In this document: piece after piece, positions 24,939 through 38,424 of the stretch | Numbering within the stretch: position 1 is the first letter of the stretch | Layout of the letters: every line of letters starts with the position of its first letter | Assembly (NCBI RefSeq): GCF_006345805.1 | Contig: NC_043004.1 | Location: 9,982,001-10,046,000, forward strand | Direction: 5' to 3' | DNA from: Octopus sinensis | Taxonomy: Eukaryota | DNA: 64,000 nt | The notes under the pieces: model-generated | What the model was told of the DNA's origin: nothing | Seen by the model: only the letters and a program-made list of their open reading frames with translations | Databases searched by the model: none | Position numbers and translations under genes: made by a program

Positions 24939-25257
24939 GAGGGCGCGTGGCTTAGTGGTTAGGGTATTCGACTCATGATGTAAGGTTGTGAGTTCGATTC
25001 CCTACGACGCGTTGTGTCCTTGAGCAAGACACTTTATTTCAGGTTGCTCCAGTCCACTCAGCTGGTAAAAATAAGTAGTACCTGTATTTCAAAGGGCCAG
25101 CCTTATCACATTCTGTGTCACGCTGAATCTCCTTGCGAACTACATTAAGAGTAAACGTGTCTGTGGAGTGCTCAGCCACTTTCACGCTAATTTCACGAGC
25201 AAGCTGTTCCGTTGATCGTATCAGCTGGGACCCTCGTCGTCGTAACCGACGGAGTGC
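24939..25257 (+). mobile_element. tRNA-derived SINE family C
   Basis: A box tggcttagtgg, B box gagttcgattcc, central gtgtccttgagcaagacactt, tail gtcgtaaccgacggagtgc. Confidence 0.9.
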
Positions 25258-25261
25258 TCCT

Positions 25262-25654
25262 TTATGTATGTATGTATGTATGTATGTATGTATGTATGTA
25301 TGTATGTATGTATGGATGCATGCATGCATGCATGCATGCATGCATGCATGCATGTATGTATGTATGTATGCATGCATGCATGTATGTATGTATGTATGTA
25401 TGTATTGTATGTATGTATGCATGCATGTATGTATGTATGTATGTATGTATGTATAAATGTATGTATGTATGTATGTATGTATGTATGTATGTATGTATGT
25501 ATGCATGCATGCATGCATGCATGTATGTATGTATGTATGCATGTATGTATGTATGTATGTATAAATGTATGTATGTATGTGTGTATGTATGTATGTATGT
25601 ATGTATAAATGTATGTATGTATGTATGTATGTATGTATGTATGTATGTGTGTAA

Positions 25655-25685
<31 letters not shown>

Positions 25686-25905
25686 TGTATGTATGTATGC
25701 ATGCATGCATGCATGCATGTATGTATGTATGTATGTATGTATGTATGTATAGATGTATGTATGTATGTATGTATGTATGTATGTATGTATGTATGTATGC
25801 ATGCATGCATGCATGCATGTATGTATGTATGTATGTATGTATGTATGTATGTATGTATGTATAGATGTATGTATGTATGTATGTATGTATGTATGTGTGT
25901 ATGTG
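25262..25905. repeat. Compound (GTAT)n/(GCAT)n tetranucleotide array, ~640 bp
   Basis: Read directly from the sequence. It is the source of the spurious 300-aa ORFs. Confidence 0.95.
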
Positions 25906-26028
25906 TGTTTGTTTGTATGTATCTACTCGTCTATCCATCTATCTATCTGTCTATCAATCTATCTATCTACATATCTATATGGAAAAGGCTGCGCATTGAC
26001 CCTATATTTTTCAGACTACTAGGACTGG

Positions 26029-26067
<39 letters not shown>

Positions 26068-27129
26068 AAGAAAGAGAAAGAGGGGGAAGAAGAGGGATGA
26101 AGAGACATGCATATTCTTATATAAACATACACACAAACACAAACGTCTGCGCGCGTGTGTGTGCGTGTGTGGACAACGTCAATAAAGCATATTCAAGTAA
26201 TCCTTTATGGGAGTCAATTAAAATAGCCATTTTCCCTCCTTCCATTATACACTTTGTCATCTGGTTCTTTTCTATGAAATAAGTATTACCCAGTTTTAGA
26301 CCCATTGAATGAAATGTGTGTGGGTACACGTTTTTTTTCCTCTTTACATATTTCAACAATAGAATAAGTAAAACATATAAATGAATAAATATTTTCCACT
26401 CTTGAAAATCTGTGTAAATATTTTAGCATTTTCACGAAGATATGTATGTTACTTGTTAAGTTAATCTGATAAAGGATTTAAACAATGCTCGAATAGAAGT
26501 GCTTTATTATAAAATGTTTCTTGCTGTCATCTATTTAACATATTGATGAATCGTGAAAATACGTATTTGAAATGAATAACACAATCGTATGGTTTCTTTG
26601 TAGTTTCTTGAGAGAAAAAGCAAACGAAATCAAAACAAGACAAACGAAAAGTAAAAATAAGAGAAAATTCAGTCTAGACTTTAGAAAATGAGATTTATCT
26701 ATCGTAAGTAAATATATATACATAAAAAAAGAAACAACAGAAATAAAATAATAACTGCAACAAAAGTAAGAGCAGAAGTAAATAGGTACAACAACAATAA
26801 TAACAACAAAAGCAACAAAGACAACAAAAAGACTATCAGAATCCGATTTTCGTTCGTCGTTTCGTGTTAATGAAATGATTTTAGCTACGATCGAACACAG
26901 GCGTAGGCATGGCTGTGTGATTAAGGAACTCAGTTTGTAACGACGTGTTTACAAGTTCTGTTGTTCCGTATCAATGTGTAATATGTTCCTAGAGTAGGTA
27001 TCGTCTAATATAGCCTCGAACCGACCGAAATCTTGTGAGTGAATTTGCTTGATAAAAACTGAGTGGAAACACGTCGTACACACACACACACACACACACT
27101 TACATCCGGTCATTTTACCATGTTGAACC

Positions 27130-27318
27130 TTTAACCCGAACACATTTTTTCTCTGTATTTTTTCTTTCTCCCTCCATTTTTTCCTCTCAATTCTTTCTGT
27201 CGAAGAGCGTAGGCTCGAAACGTCAAAGACTTTTCCATTCTTCTCGAGCGTTAAACTTAATACACCTGCTTGTTGTTCCTTCACTTGTCTTCGTCTTTTG
27301 GTTTCTGTAAATTTGAAC
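27130..27318 (+). mobile_element. Penelope-type short remnant ending in (TA)n
   Basis: Reverse-orientation homolog of 3752-3986 and 11521-11748. Confidence 0.6.
27192..27229 (+). ncRNA. Minimal type I hammerhead-like motif, U6 variant
   Basis: TCTTT CTGTCGA A GAGC gtag GCTC GAAA CG TC AAAGA, with a GUC triplet and perfect helices I, II and III. Confidence 0.65.
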
Positions 27319-27624
27319 TATATATATATATATCCCGTTCTGTGTCTGTGTGTAAAAGATTATAACAGCCGTATTTTTCAACTGATTTTCTCCAAACTGA
27401 GAACATACATTACTTATGTTCCAGAGATGGTTTCAGGCTCTTAAAACTTTTCTCATAATGAATAACGGCACCCCTGGGAGCAGAGACACCCTTCCTGGAT
27501 TACGTGAAGAAGGGAGGTAACTCGCCCACCTTCGTTTTGGGATCGCCACTACTTTATTATCTCCCCTTCTTCCTAGCTGTCCTGAATCACTCTCTCCCCC
27601 TCTCTCGCTATACCTGCATATATT

Positions 27625-27662
<38 letters not shown>

Positions 27663-28159
27663 TACATACATAATACATACATACATACATATATACATAC
27701 ATACATACATACATACATACATACATACATACATACATACATACATACATGGTGGCTGCCCCTCCTTATCGAGTATGGCCATTGCACGAAGCTTAATCAA
27801 TGTTGTTATCGTGCAATGCCTGTGCAAGAAGATTTTTCTTTAAAGTGAGGAAAGACTGTGCACTGAGTCAATCCCACTCACTAAGCAACAACAGCCATAA
27901 TCCGAAAAGAAGAACAAGTCAACATCATCGGTAACTACTGAGCCGCAGGTTTTACGTCGGAGTTATCCCAGTTACCTGAGTTACCTTCTCCTAGGAGAGT
28001 TACCTTCTCCTAGAAGGATGCCCTAACAAAGGCTAGGAGTCCTTCACATACATACACATACATACACACATGCATACATACACACATGCATACATACATA
28101 CATACATACATACATACATACATACATACATACATACATACATACATACATACATACAG

Positions 28160-29890
28160 TTTGGTTGAATTACACGAAAGCATTCGACTCTGTTCCACTC
28201 TCATGGATGTTAGAGTCCTTTGACCTGCTAATGCTCCATGTACCGTTATTAAAACCATAGAAAACCTGACTTTACTCTGGGCCACTATTGTGAAATCAAA
28301 TAGAGGAAGTGGTTTTATTGCCACTAATAGTAGACTGTTTTGCAGAGATATATTTCAGGGCGTCAATCTCTCCATCATAGTGTTTAAATTTTCATTAACT
28401 CCTTGTAGTTTTTGTCAAACAAATTTGGAAGATATGCGATTGGTCCATTAGGAGACAGAAAGACTAGCCTAACACATTGCTTCTTTGTGGATTATCTGAA
28501 ATATATGCTAACAATATGGATGGCTTCCTTACGACATTCTCAAAAGATATTGGGATTAAGTTTGGCTAGGTATATGTTCTTATATGATTGTAAAATTTGA
28601 GAGAACTACGAGTTTATCAAGTATCATTACTAACAATGGCTTCACTCTTTCTCTGATATCTGATGAGGAATACAACAAGTATTTAAGAAACGATGAAAAT
28701 ATCAGGGAATATAACACTAGAATAAAAACAATCTAGTTCTCTGTACTGTCCACATGCAATAAATCGTTATTCCTCAATGTGTTTGCTGTACTAGTGTTAA
28801 TATCAACATTTGGGCTATTTGATCAAACCATGGCAATTGATATTAGCCTGTACAAAAAATGTCCACATCATAAGTGATATAGACTAGCTTTATTTAAAAC
28901 GGAAACATGGCAGCAAAGTTTAACACAGCTCCAAACAGCCATTGAATGTCACATCAAGGTCCTTTCAATAACATACAGTAACTTCAAAGTATAGCAGTTC
29001 TGCCATTGATCAAGTCCGTAATCCTGAAGTCTGTAATAACATGAGAGTTGAAAAGGAGCTTCTCAGAGAATATTCCCTGAGTGATAATCAAGGGTATACT
29101 ACCAGAGAATTTGCACAACTGTGTCGCGATAGGTCATCAGAAGAGAGTTTGTGTATATATTAGTAAAATGTCATGCATAGTTATATGCCCAGGTTTCAAA
29201 ATGACAGCAACATTGATAATCAAATTAGTCTAGCCTGGATTAACAACTTTGAAGGATATGTCTTGCAATACAGAAGCAGGAAATAGCCACAAAATACCTA
29301 ATGTACAAAAGGGATAATGATAAAAGTAAACTACCTTGACGTAACAACCGGTGCACACTTTTTGGAATCAACATTGAGAATGTCAACCACATCATAAACA
29401 TCTCAAAATATTTTCAAGGTATTACCTATCTATAAGATATGATGTCATGGCTAGAAGACTTTATGATGATACTCAGAACAACCCTGAGAGGACAAGTATA
29501 AGGTACAGTAATGTGGGGTGTATGGTCACATATAACTTGAAAGAATATTAGTACTATGTTCTTGTCAAGACTTCTTTAAAATGAGAATACTGCAGACTAG
29601 AATCAATGGTTGGGACAAAGAAAAGAAGTCATGCGCAGTAGTTGAAATCATTTGCCCAGCAGATATCAACATAATGTTGAACTGATGAAAAATCTGCAGT
29701 TACTCCATCCAGACCATAATTTTAGATTTCGACCAATAATTATTGGAACATTTGGCAATGTGAGTAACTGCTTCAGTGCCAAATTCTGAGAAGTTGGGCT
29801 TCACAAAACTAGAAAGAACACGATTAATCAGATGATTACAGCTACAAACTGTATTGTCAAAATATAGAAAATATATTCAAGAAGTTTAGC
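28160..29890 (+). mobile_element. Heavily decayed R4/Dong-like (RLE-type) non-LTR retrotransposon
   Basis: YTKAFDSVPLSWML; IFQG; WDKEKKSCAVVEIICPADIN; FRPIIIGTFG. Many stops. Confidence 0.7.
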
Positions 29891-30557
29891 ACGTAATAAG
29901 ATCCATGTTTCCAACCAAAAAACCGATTCTCTCCATTGGTGAGAAATTCGAAAAATACAACCCAAAACGAATGAACACACATACATGCATACATATACAG
30001 ATACATACGCTCACATACGTACACACATACATACATACAGCCATACATACATATGTATATATACATGCACACATACATGCATACATGACTACTCTGTTGA
30101 TGTTATCTAAATTCCAGTAAAAGAGCTGTCTTTCTCGGCAAGAAACCGTCTCTCTCTGTTGGTAAAATAAAACCAGGAAAAATGCATACAAAATTTATAA
30201 CATCTCACTTTGAAGATTACTAACATGCAGTCTAAGTACAAGAAATTCTCAACTAAGGAACTTCTTCACAAGACAGAAAAAATCAGCTGACTATAACTAC
30301 AAATGTAAGCTTTACAAAGCCAAACTAAAGACATGTCTGAAGCTACATCATTGCCATCTGTAAGCAAATGTTCACTGCGTAGGCGCAGGATTACTGTGTG
30401 CTTAAGAAGTTCGCTTTGTGACAACGTGATTTCGCGTTCAATCCCGTTGCATGGCGTCTTGGACGTTTGGTTTTTATCCAACGGCCTCGAATCGACCAAT
30501 GTCTTGTTAGAATTTGGCAGACATAAATACAGTGCATCCAACGCTGAGTATGTATGT

Positions 30558-30601
<44 letters not shown>

Positions 30602-30954
30602 TGCGTGCGTGTGTGTGTGTGTATCTGTCTATCTGTCTGTGTCTGTGTGTATGCAAGGTATTTACGGACAGTTTTGGTCTACGAAATTCTAACAAGGTAT
30701 TGGTCGAGGGTAACTAGAAGAAAACATTTTTATTTTCATTCCCTTTGAAATTGCTTTTATTCGTGGTTTGGGCTTTGACTGCCCTTTCTAGCATGTAAGG
30801 TGTCCTGTCAAAGGTCACCTCTTTCGTATATAAATACTTAAATTGTTTGTACGCTATCATTTTTGAAAATATGTTGTCTATTGACTTTATTACGTATGCT
30901 AGCCACCGGTATGAAAACTTTTCTAAATTTTCTACCCTTATCATTTCCACTGTG

Positions 30955-30990
<36 letters not shown>

Positions 30991-30991
30991 A

Positions 30992-32499
30992 TTAAGGTAT
31001 GTAGAAAAATACAACATGGACAAGAACGTATAACTCTTAGAAGACGACACAATAACATGGACAGGACATTCGAACCCCTCAGTCTTCAGTCAAGAACCGG
31101 ATCATCGTAGTAATTTCGGCTGATTATCTTGAGATTTCTAGATCACGGCCAGCCCTCCAAGAAAAACTAAGCAACGAGCATTAGACAAACTAAGCTGGAA
31201 GCGTAGATTTCCTGGAAGAAGGATCGAATGCATACGAACACCAGGACAGCAAAAGGGCAGATATAAAAAAAAAAAACATAATGGAATACAGAAACATGAA
31301 ATACAGAAGCATTAACGGTGAAAACAACAAGTGTCTTACGACTGATAACAAGCAAAACAAATTTTTTCTCTGGCGCATTGGAAGAAGCCTTTATAGCGGC
31401 GGAAGAAAAACAACGATGTTAACACGACGAGGGTCAGGAGCTGAAAGGCAGATTTCGGCCAACAGTCACGTGACAGAGAAGAGGGAAAAGAAAAGAAAGA
31501 GAAGCAAAGAAGAGAGAGAGAGACGAGGGACAAAACGCAACAAAGAGAGGAAGAGAGAGAAAGAAGGGATCAGAGAGGAGAAGGATGTGTCGAAGAATGA
31601 CCTGTGAGTGCAGAGCGAGACAAAGAAAAGGAGGGTAAAGAGAAGAGGAAAAGAGGATGAGTTAGAGAGAAGCGAGAGAGAGAGAGGAGAGAGAGAGAGG
31701 GGGACAGATCCAAGTAAAAATGAGAGAGAGAGGGAGACAAAAAGAGAGTCGCCAATTATTAAGAATATGTGCTCACATTAATGATAAGGTGGGTACGGGG
31801 CGCCTGGAATATATGTTAAGGTATGTAGAAAAATACAACATGGACAAGAACGTATAACTCTTAGAAGACGACACAAAAAACATGGACAGGACATTCGAAC
31901 CCTCAGTTTCAGTCAAGAACCGGATCATCGTAGTAATTCGGCTGATTAATCTTGAGATTACTAGATCACGGCCAGCCCTCCAAGAAAAACTAAGCAACGA
32001 GCATTAGACAAACTAAGCTGGAAGCGTAAGATTTCCTGGAAGAAGGATCGAATGCATACGAACACCAGGACAGCAAAAGGGGCAGATATAAAAAAACAAA
32101 AAACAATAATGGAATACAGAAACATGAAATACAGAAGCATTAACGGTGAAAACAACAAGTGTCTTACGACTGATAACAGCAAACAAATTTTTTCTCTGGC
32201 GCATTGAGAAGAACCTTTATAGCGGCGGACGAAAAACAACGATGTGTAACACGACGAGGGTCAGGAGCTGAAAGGCAGATTTCGGCCAACAGTCACGTGA
32301 AGAGAAGAGGAAAGAAAAGAAGAGAAGCAAAGGAAGAGAGAGAGAGCGACGGGAGGACAAAACGCAACAAAGAGAGAGAAGAGAGAGAAAGAAGGGATCA
32401 GAGAGGAGAAGGGATGGGTGTCGAAGAATGACCTGTGAGTGCAGAGCGAGACAAAGAAAAAGAAATAGGAGGGTAAAGAGAAGAGAAAAGAGGATGAGT

Positions 32500-32532
<33 letters not shown>

Positions 32533-33000
32533 GGGGACAGATCAAGTAAAAATGAGAGAGAGAGGGAGACAAAAGAGAGTCGTACCAATATTAAGAATAT
32601 GTGCTCACATTAATGATAAGGTGGGTACGGGGCGCCTGGAATATATGTTAAGGTATGTAGAAAAATAAAAATGGACAAGAACGTATAACTCTTAGAAGAC
32701 GACACAATAAACATGGAGGCAGGACATTCGAACCCCTCAGTCTTCAGTCAAGAACGGATCATCGTAAGTATTCGGCTGATTAATCTTGAGATTACTAGAT
32801 CACGGCCAGCCCTCCAAGAAAAACTAAGCAACGAGCATTAGACAAACTAAGCTGGAAGCGTAGATTCCTGGAAGAAGGATCGAATGCATACGAACACCGC
32901 CCTCCAAGAAAAACTAAGCAACGAGCATTAGACAAACTAAGCTGGAAGCGTAGATTTCCTGGAAGAAGGATCGAATGCATACGAACACCAGGACAGCAAT
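30992..33000. repeat. Tandem array of ~825-bp units (about 2.4 copies) with an internal ~90-bp duplication, flanked by (TA)n
   Basis: ttaaggtatgtagaaaaata starts at ~30992, ~31816 and ~32648. ccctccaagaaaaactaagc...gaacacc is duplicated at ~32809 and ~32899. Confidence 0.9.
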
Positions 33001-33617
33001 ATATATATAAGGTATGTATGTATTTATATATGTATATATGGAAGTAAGCATACGTAAACTGGGCTCAGTGATACCGCTATGGAGGCAGCGAAGCAAATGT
33101 TGAGCATTTCGTGTACCAACACCATATTCACTCAGCTTGGCAGATTCTCCCAGCTGTTTTGCCATTGCATAATCTTTTTAGGCTGTGTTCTGAGGATTTT
33201 CCTTTCCCAGCTGTAATTGAATACATCACATCCCTCATGGTTGTGAAAGGATTCATGTACAAAAATGCAACTGATGAAGGATGTCTGTATTTATTTGTCT
33301 CTGTTGTGTGTATCTAGATCTGTTTATTTCACGTAGTCTAATGGCTTGAGAAATATGAACCAGAGAATTATAACGAATAAACGCTGATCTCGCTGCGATC
33401 GACTAAACCTTTGAAGATAGCATCCCATTATAACCGTCTTCTAAACATTGAAACCAGTAAAAACGATGAATCAAAAGAATAAAAACTGCCACCATATAAA
33501 CGCACAACTGTCTTGTTATTATTGCTTGAGAGCACAAAAGATAAATATGATCTGTTGGGCGTTGATGCTTTGTTTCTCTGGTAAAATCCAGCTTCTTATG
33601 AAGAAGTCAAATAATTG

Positions 33618-33810
33618 TTTGGAATTTGACACAAGGCCAGTTTTTTAAGGGGGTGGGTGTTAGTCGATTATGTCTACTCCAGTACTTGACTGGTACTTTC
33701 TTTTTATTGACCTCGAGAGGATAAAAGGCAAAGTCGACTTCGATGGAAACGGAAAAAATATTTCGTTAAGTATTTTGTTCGGCGCGCTGACGATTCTGTT
33801 AACTCGCCGC
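33618..33810 (-). mobile_element. SINE family B, internally deleted
   Basis: ccagtacttgactggtac...aaggcaaagtcgac...gacgattctg..aactcgccgc. Confidence 0.75.
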
Positions 33811-35989
33811 TTTAACAAATTAAATAATTATAAATGAAAGATAACAAAAATATGCATGTAAGCATATATACAACGGGATTCCTTACAGTTTTCTTCTACC
33901 ATGTTCCACACATAAGGTATTGGCGAACTTGAGACTATGGTTGGAGAAACTCGCTCAAAGTACCAGGCAGAAAGATCGAACCCCAGAGCCGAGTGGATGC
34001 GTAACAAAATTCTTAACCACACAGCCATGTTTGCATTCGTTATTTCTTTTTCAAATGGTAAAAATAACCTTTAGGCTTCACTAAATTCCACTCTAGGAAG
34101 CTATTACAGTTATTTTCATTATCAGCTAACCCTGTTTTGTAAATTTATCAGCAAACAATCTATATACAAAGAGCTTGCTCAGAAAGAAAACCTACAAGTC
34201 CTTCGTTTCTCCAGCTTAATTATTCCATTATTTTACCAAACTTGCAATACACAAAGTTTTCTTATTAATTACTCCGTTTCAGGGACTTCACACTTTAAAC
34301 TGTCTAACTGTCTCCCTTTATTTCCTTTCATCTGATATAATTACTAGCAGAGAATTGAAATAATATCCTATTTGAAATAGGATTAGGATTAAGATATATT
34401 CAAAAGCTTCTATGAAAGGAAACTTCATTAAAATCTCTCCAGATTACGGCCCCACCCTCATCATTAATTCTCTCTTTCTGTTTCTCTTTACTGCCACCCA
34501 TTCAAAATGTTATCAGCTGCAAGAGAAAAACGAGTTTAATTTTGAAAACTATCCGCTTCTTCACCTTTCTTTACTATACTGTTCTTAACGGAATTAGCTT
34601 TCCTATGTTATTTAACTAAGCTTATTCTCTCTCTCTCTCTCTCTTGGTATCGCTCTTGTCCACTCTATCTTTTACTATCTTCTTTCCCTTCTAACTGTTA
34701 TTCCTCATCGCCATTTTACTCTTTCTCCTAATCTTGCCATCATTCATTCCTACCTTGCAGCATCTCTCTTTCTCTCTCCTATCACTTTGTTTCTCTTTCC
34801 CTCTTTCTCTCTTTCAATGAATTCATCATGTACGCTTCCCTGATCGATCCCAGATGATAATTGGGAATTGCTCCAAGGCTACCTATAAATATTGATTACT
34901 TGACTAGGAAAATACTGGCTTGATCGTCAATTCTTCAAACGTCACTTTGATGTATGAAAAGTTGTTACGTACCGTAATTAACCTGGTCGGAATTACAACA
35001 AGCTGAACTTTTCTCTCGCTATATTGCTTCTTACAAGTAATTTCCAATAACAATCTTTTATTTTTGCTATTCATAAACTATCACATTACGTTCATCACAC
35101 TAGCTTTCCCCTCTACTCTTTTCTCTTCACCACCACATTTTCGCTGATTAGTGAACTTCTAATGAAGTGTTTTGCTGTCAGTTCTACTACTTGCTAGAGC
35201 ACATCTTCATCCGTACAGGAAGCAAACTTACGCGAATTTGATCCCACGACTTTAAACAATTTAACCGTTTCTTCTCCACAATTCTCGTTTTTGGCTTCTT
35301 ATTTAAGCAGAAAAGTGACATCCTCAATAACACAATGTCAGTTATATTGTTAGATCTCGTGACTCACGAGCTGATGGCTGAGAATTTTCTTACGGCGATT
35401 GCCTCTCGGTCACGTTACCGCGATTACTTCCAAGTCGCGTTACCTGTGCGGATTCCCAAGAGTCTTTGTCGCTGTCCACTTCTAGTATTCATATTTGAAC
35501 AGGGAGCTTAAGTCACAATGAATCTCATTAGCTGATTACACAGTCACGGACGCCATCCCTATATATGTATTACAGTTACTCATTTGATAGAGCTTGTTGA
35601 TACTGACCGTTGATTCAGGATTCCTCCGCTCAGCATGAACGCAAGAAGCACCGTTGCCTGAGTTGAGATCAACTGCTGCCTCTTCTCAATCTGGCATGCT
35701 GCAATCCTATAACTTCACGATATCCCTGGCAGGGTGGCTAAACGGGTGCTATGCCTTGCCAAAGGACAACGCGTAACTATGCATGATACGGTCGCCACCA
35801 CCCGTGATGTAATTTCAAAATACCCGCATTCTCATTACATGTGATCAATGACCAGAACTTTAATTGACTAAAGATGCACTGGACAAAGACAAACTACAAC
35901 AGCATTAAAGCTGCAAATATGGCTTTAGAGAGAATATGTCACTTGTTTCTGCCAGGTAGAAGCTAGATTTATTTATTAAAAAGAATATA

Positions 35990-36122
35990 GGTTCCGGGTT
36001 CAGTTCTACTGCTTGGCACCTTGGGCAACTGTCTTCTACTATAGCCTCAGGCCGACCAAAGTCTTGCGAGTAGATTTGGTAGACAGAAACTGAAAGAAGC
36101 TCGTCGTATATATATATATATG

Positions 36123-36165
<43 letters not shown>

Positions 36166-36378
36166 TGTCTGTGTGTGTGTGTGTGTGTCTGTGTTTGTCT
36201 CCCAAACAACGCTTGACAATCGATGCTGGTATGTTTACATCCCCGTCACTTAGGGGTTTGGCAAGAGAGACCGATAGAATAAGTACTAGGCTTACAAAGG
36301 ATAAGTTCTGGGGTCGATTCGCTCGACTAAAGGCGGTGCCCCACCATGGCCACAGTCAAATGACTGAAACAAATAAGA
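35990..36378 (+). mobile_element. SINE family A, 5'-truncated
   Basis: ggttccgggttcagttc...ccttgggcaac...catggccacagtcaaatgactgaaac. Confidence 0.9.
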
Positions 36379-36431
36379 GAAAATCTTATTTGTTCAGTCA
36401 TTTGACTGTGGCCATGGTGGGGCACCGCCTT

Positions 36432-36432
<1 letters not shown>
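36329..36432. repeat. ~50-bp-arm hairpin formed by inverted duplication of the SINE tail
   Basis: Arms 36329-36378 and 36384-36432, loop GAAAA, one 1-nt indel. Confidence 0.95.
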
Positions 36433-36474
<42 letters not shown>

Positions 36475-36504
36475 TATATATATATATAATATATATATAT
36501 ATTT

Positions 36505-36597
<93 letters not shown>

Positions 36598-36641
36598 TAT
36601 ATATATATATATTATATATATAATATATATATAATATATAT

Positions 36642-36970
36642 ATACAAAATTTAGAGGACTGACCACTAAAAGTGGATAGCCTATATGCTAAACATAGACG
36701 TCAAATCGCCATTACTATGAAAAATGTATTCTCAAGAAAAATCTCAGCCAAAAAAACAAAATGTAAAAATAGCAAGGCAAATGAAAATATACGAAATATA
36801 TATAAAAAACGTTTTCATTTCGTATATTTTCATTTGCCTTGCTTATTTTACATTTTGTTTTTTGCTGAGATTTTTCTTGAGAACACATTCTTCGTAGTAA
36901 TGGCGATTTGATGTCTATGTTTAGCATATAGGCTGTCCACTTTTAGTGGTCAGTCCTCTAAATTTTGTAT
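36642..36970. repeat. ~155-bp-arm fold-back inverted repeat with a 19-nt spacer
   Basis: atacaaaatttagaggactgaccactaaaagtgg ... ccacttttagtggtcagtcctctaaattttgtat. Confidence 0.95.
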
Positions 36971-37082
36971 GTAACACAATTTTTAATCTTCGGATTTTTA
37001 AAAATATGCTAAGCCACTGGTTTTATTTATTAATAATATCAATTTTCTACCCTTATTTAATTTCAAATACATAATACATACA

Positions 37083-37113
<31 letters not shown>

Positions 37114-37132
37114 CCACACAACACACACACAC

Positions 37133-37189
<57 letters not shown>

Positions 37190-38199
37190 ATATTTTTCTG
37201 TGATTTATATATATATATAAAATCACAGAAAAAATTATGTTTGTAAAGCGGATATATGACGTAATCAGGGAGACACAAGAAAAAATATGCGGCTTGACCA
37301 TATTCATGCCGTCAGAAAGTGTGTCCCACGAGCATCAGTGGGTTCAAAACTAACTATCCGGGGAGATCCCACTAAGCTCATTTGTGTTTGTTTACGGATC
37401 TTCGGTCTAGTTCGGTTTGAATTTCCGGTTAATACAATCAAGAATGAAATAACAAGTAGGCTTGGAAAGTTCAACTAGAAATGGCCAATGATAAATCTAC
37501 TTCTGAAAGATTAAGCATTGATAGATACCTACATCATTATGATGGGCCATTTAGAAGCTTGGCTATAAAACTTCGCCACGAGCAAAGATTTGCCTAAATT
37601 GGGAGGCTACTCCTTTGACCGACCAGTATAACTGAATAAAGTTTAATAAACACATGTGACGTTGGTGTTGGCTGAAATTTATTCATTTATTCTGAAATAT
37701 GTTATAGTATATACACATATCGATGGGTGTAGGGACGAAGAATAGGATTCCTTGGCAAAATGCTTGAACAGAAGGCATCCATGGTAGCAAGTAGGAGTGT
37801 TAAACCGGGCCATAGATTAAGTTTATCACCCAAGTAAGCTGTGGCGGGATTTGAACCGAGTTACAGCAGTGAGTTAATTGGTCGATTGCTTCCGTAACAA
37901 GTGTAATAAAGTATTAGCCAGATGAGACCCTCGGCATGGATATAAGGCGTCATCACCTGGGTTATTCAGTAGAATGTGTACCGATGCCAGCAAACAAAGA
38001 TTATCTAAGAAGCCAACCGGAAAGAGGAGCGGATGAGATGGAGAGAGGAGAGGTGGTTGGGGAATTAACGACAACAACGAGCGAACGAAGAAACCTGTAT
38101 ATGGTCTTTCGACCGACTAGAAGTAACAAAGAAATTTCCTTCAGATCAACCTCTACCGTCTTAAAAATGAAGGACACGTAAGATTATGTGGAGTTATGT

Positions 38200-38424
38200 G
38201 GAGCTGGCAGAAACGTTAGCACGCCGGGCGAAATGCGTAGCCGTATTTCGTCTGGCGTTATGTTCTGAGTTGAAATTCCGCCGAGGTCGACTTTGCCTTT
38301 CATCCTTTCGGGGTCGATAGATTAAGTACCAGTTACGCACTGGGGTCGATGTAATCGACTTGATCCGTTTGTCTGTCCTTGTTTGTCCCCTCTGTGTTTA
38401 GCCCCTTGTGGTTAGTAAAGAATA
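38200..38424 (+). mobile_element. SINE family B
   Basis: gagctggcagaaacgttagcacgccgggcg...gccccttgtggttagtaaag. Confidence 0.9.

Noticed and set aside
24939-25010. tRNA genes
   Set aside because: The A/B-box heads lack a complete cloverleaf and continue into SINE bodies. No true tRNA was found in the window.
25039-26282. Long ORFs of 299 and 356 aa, and all HT/YI/CV/MYVC-repeat ORFs in the track
   Set aside because: They are translations of stop-free (ATAC)n, (TA)n and (CA)n microsatellites, with no coding signal.
31060-31105. Hammerhead in the 825-bp tandem unit (minus strand CTGAAGA..GAATGTC)
   Set aside because: No helix I or III pairing in either type I or type III topology.
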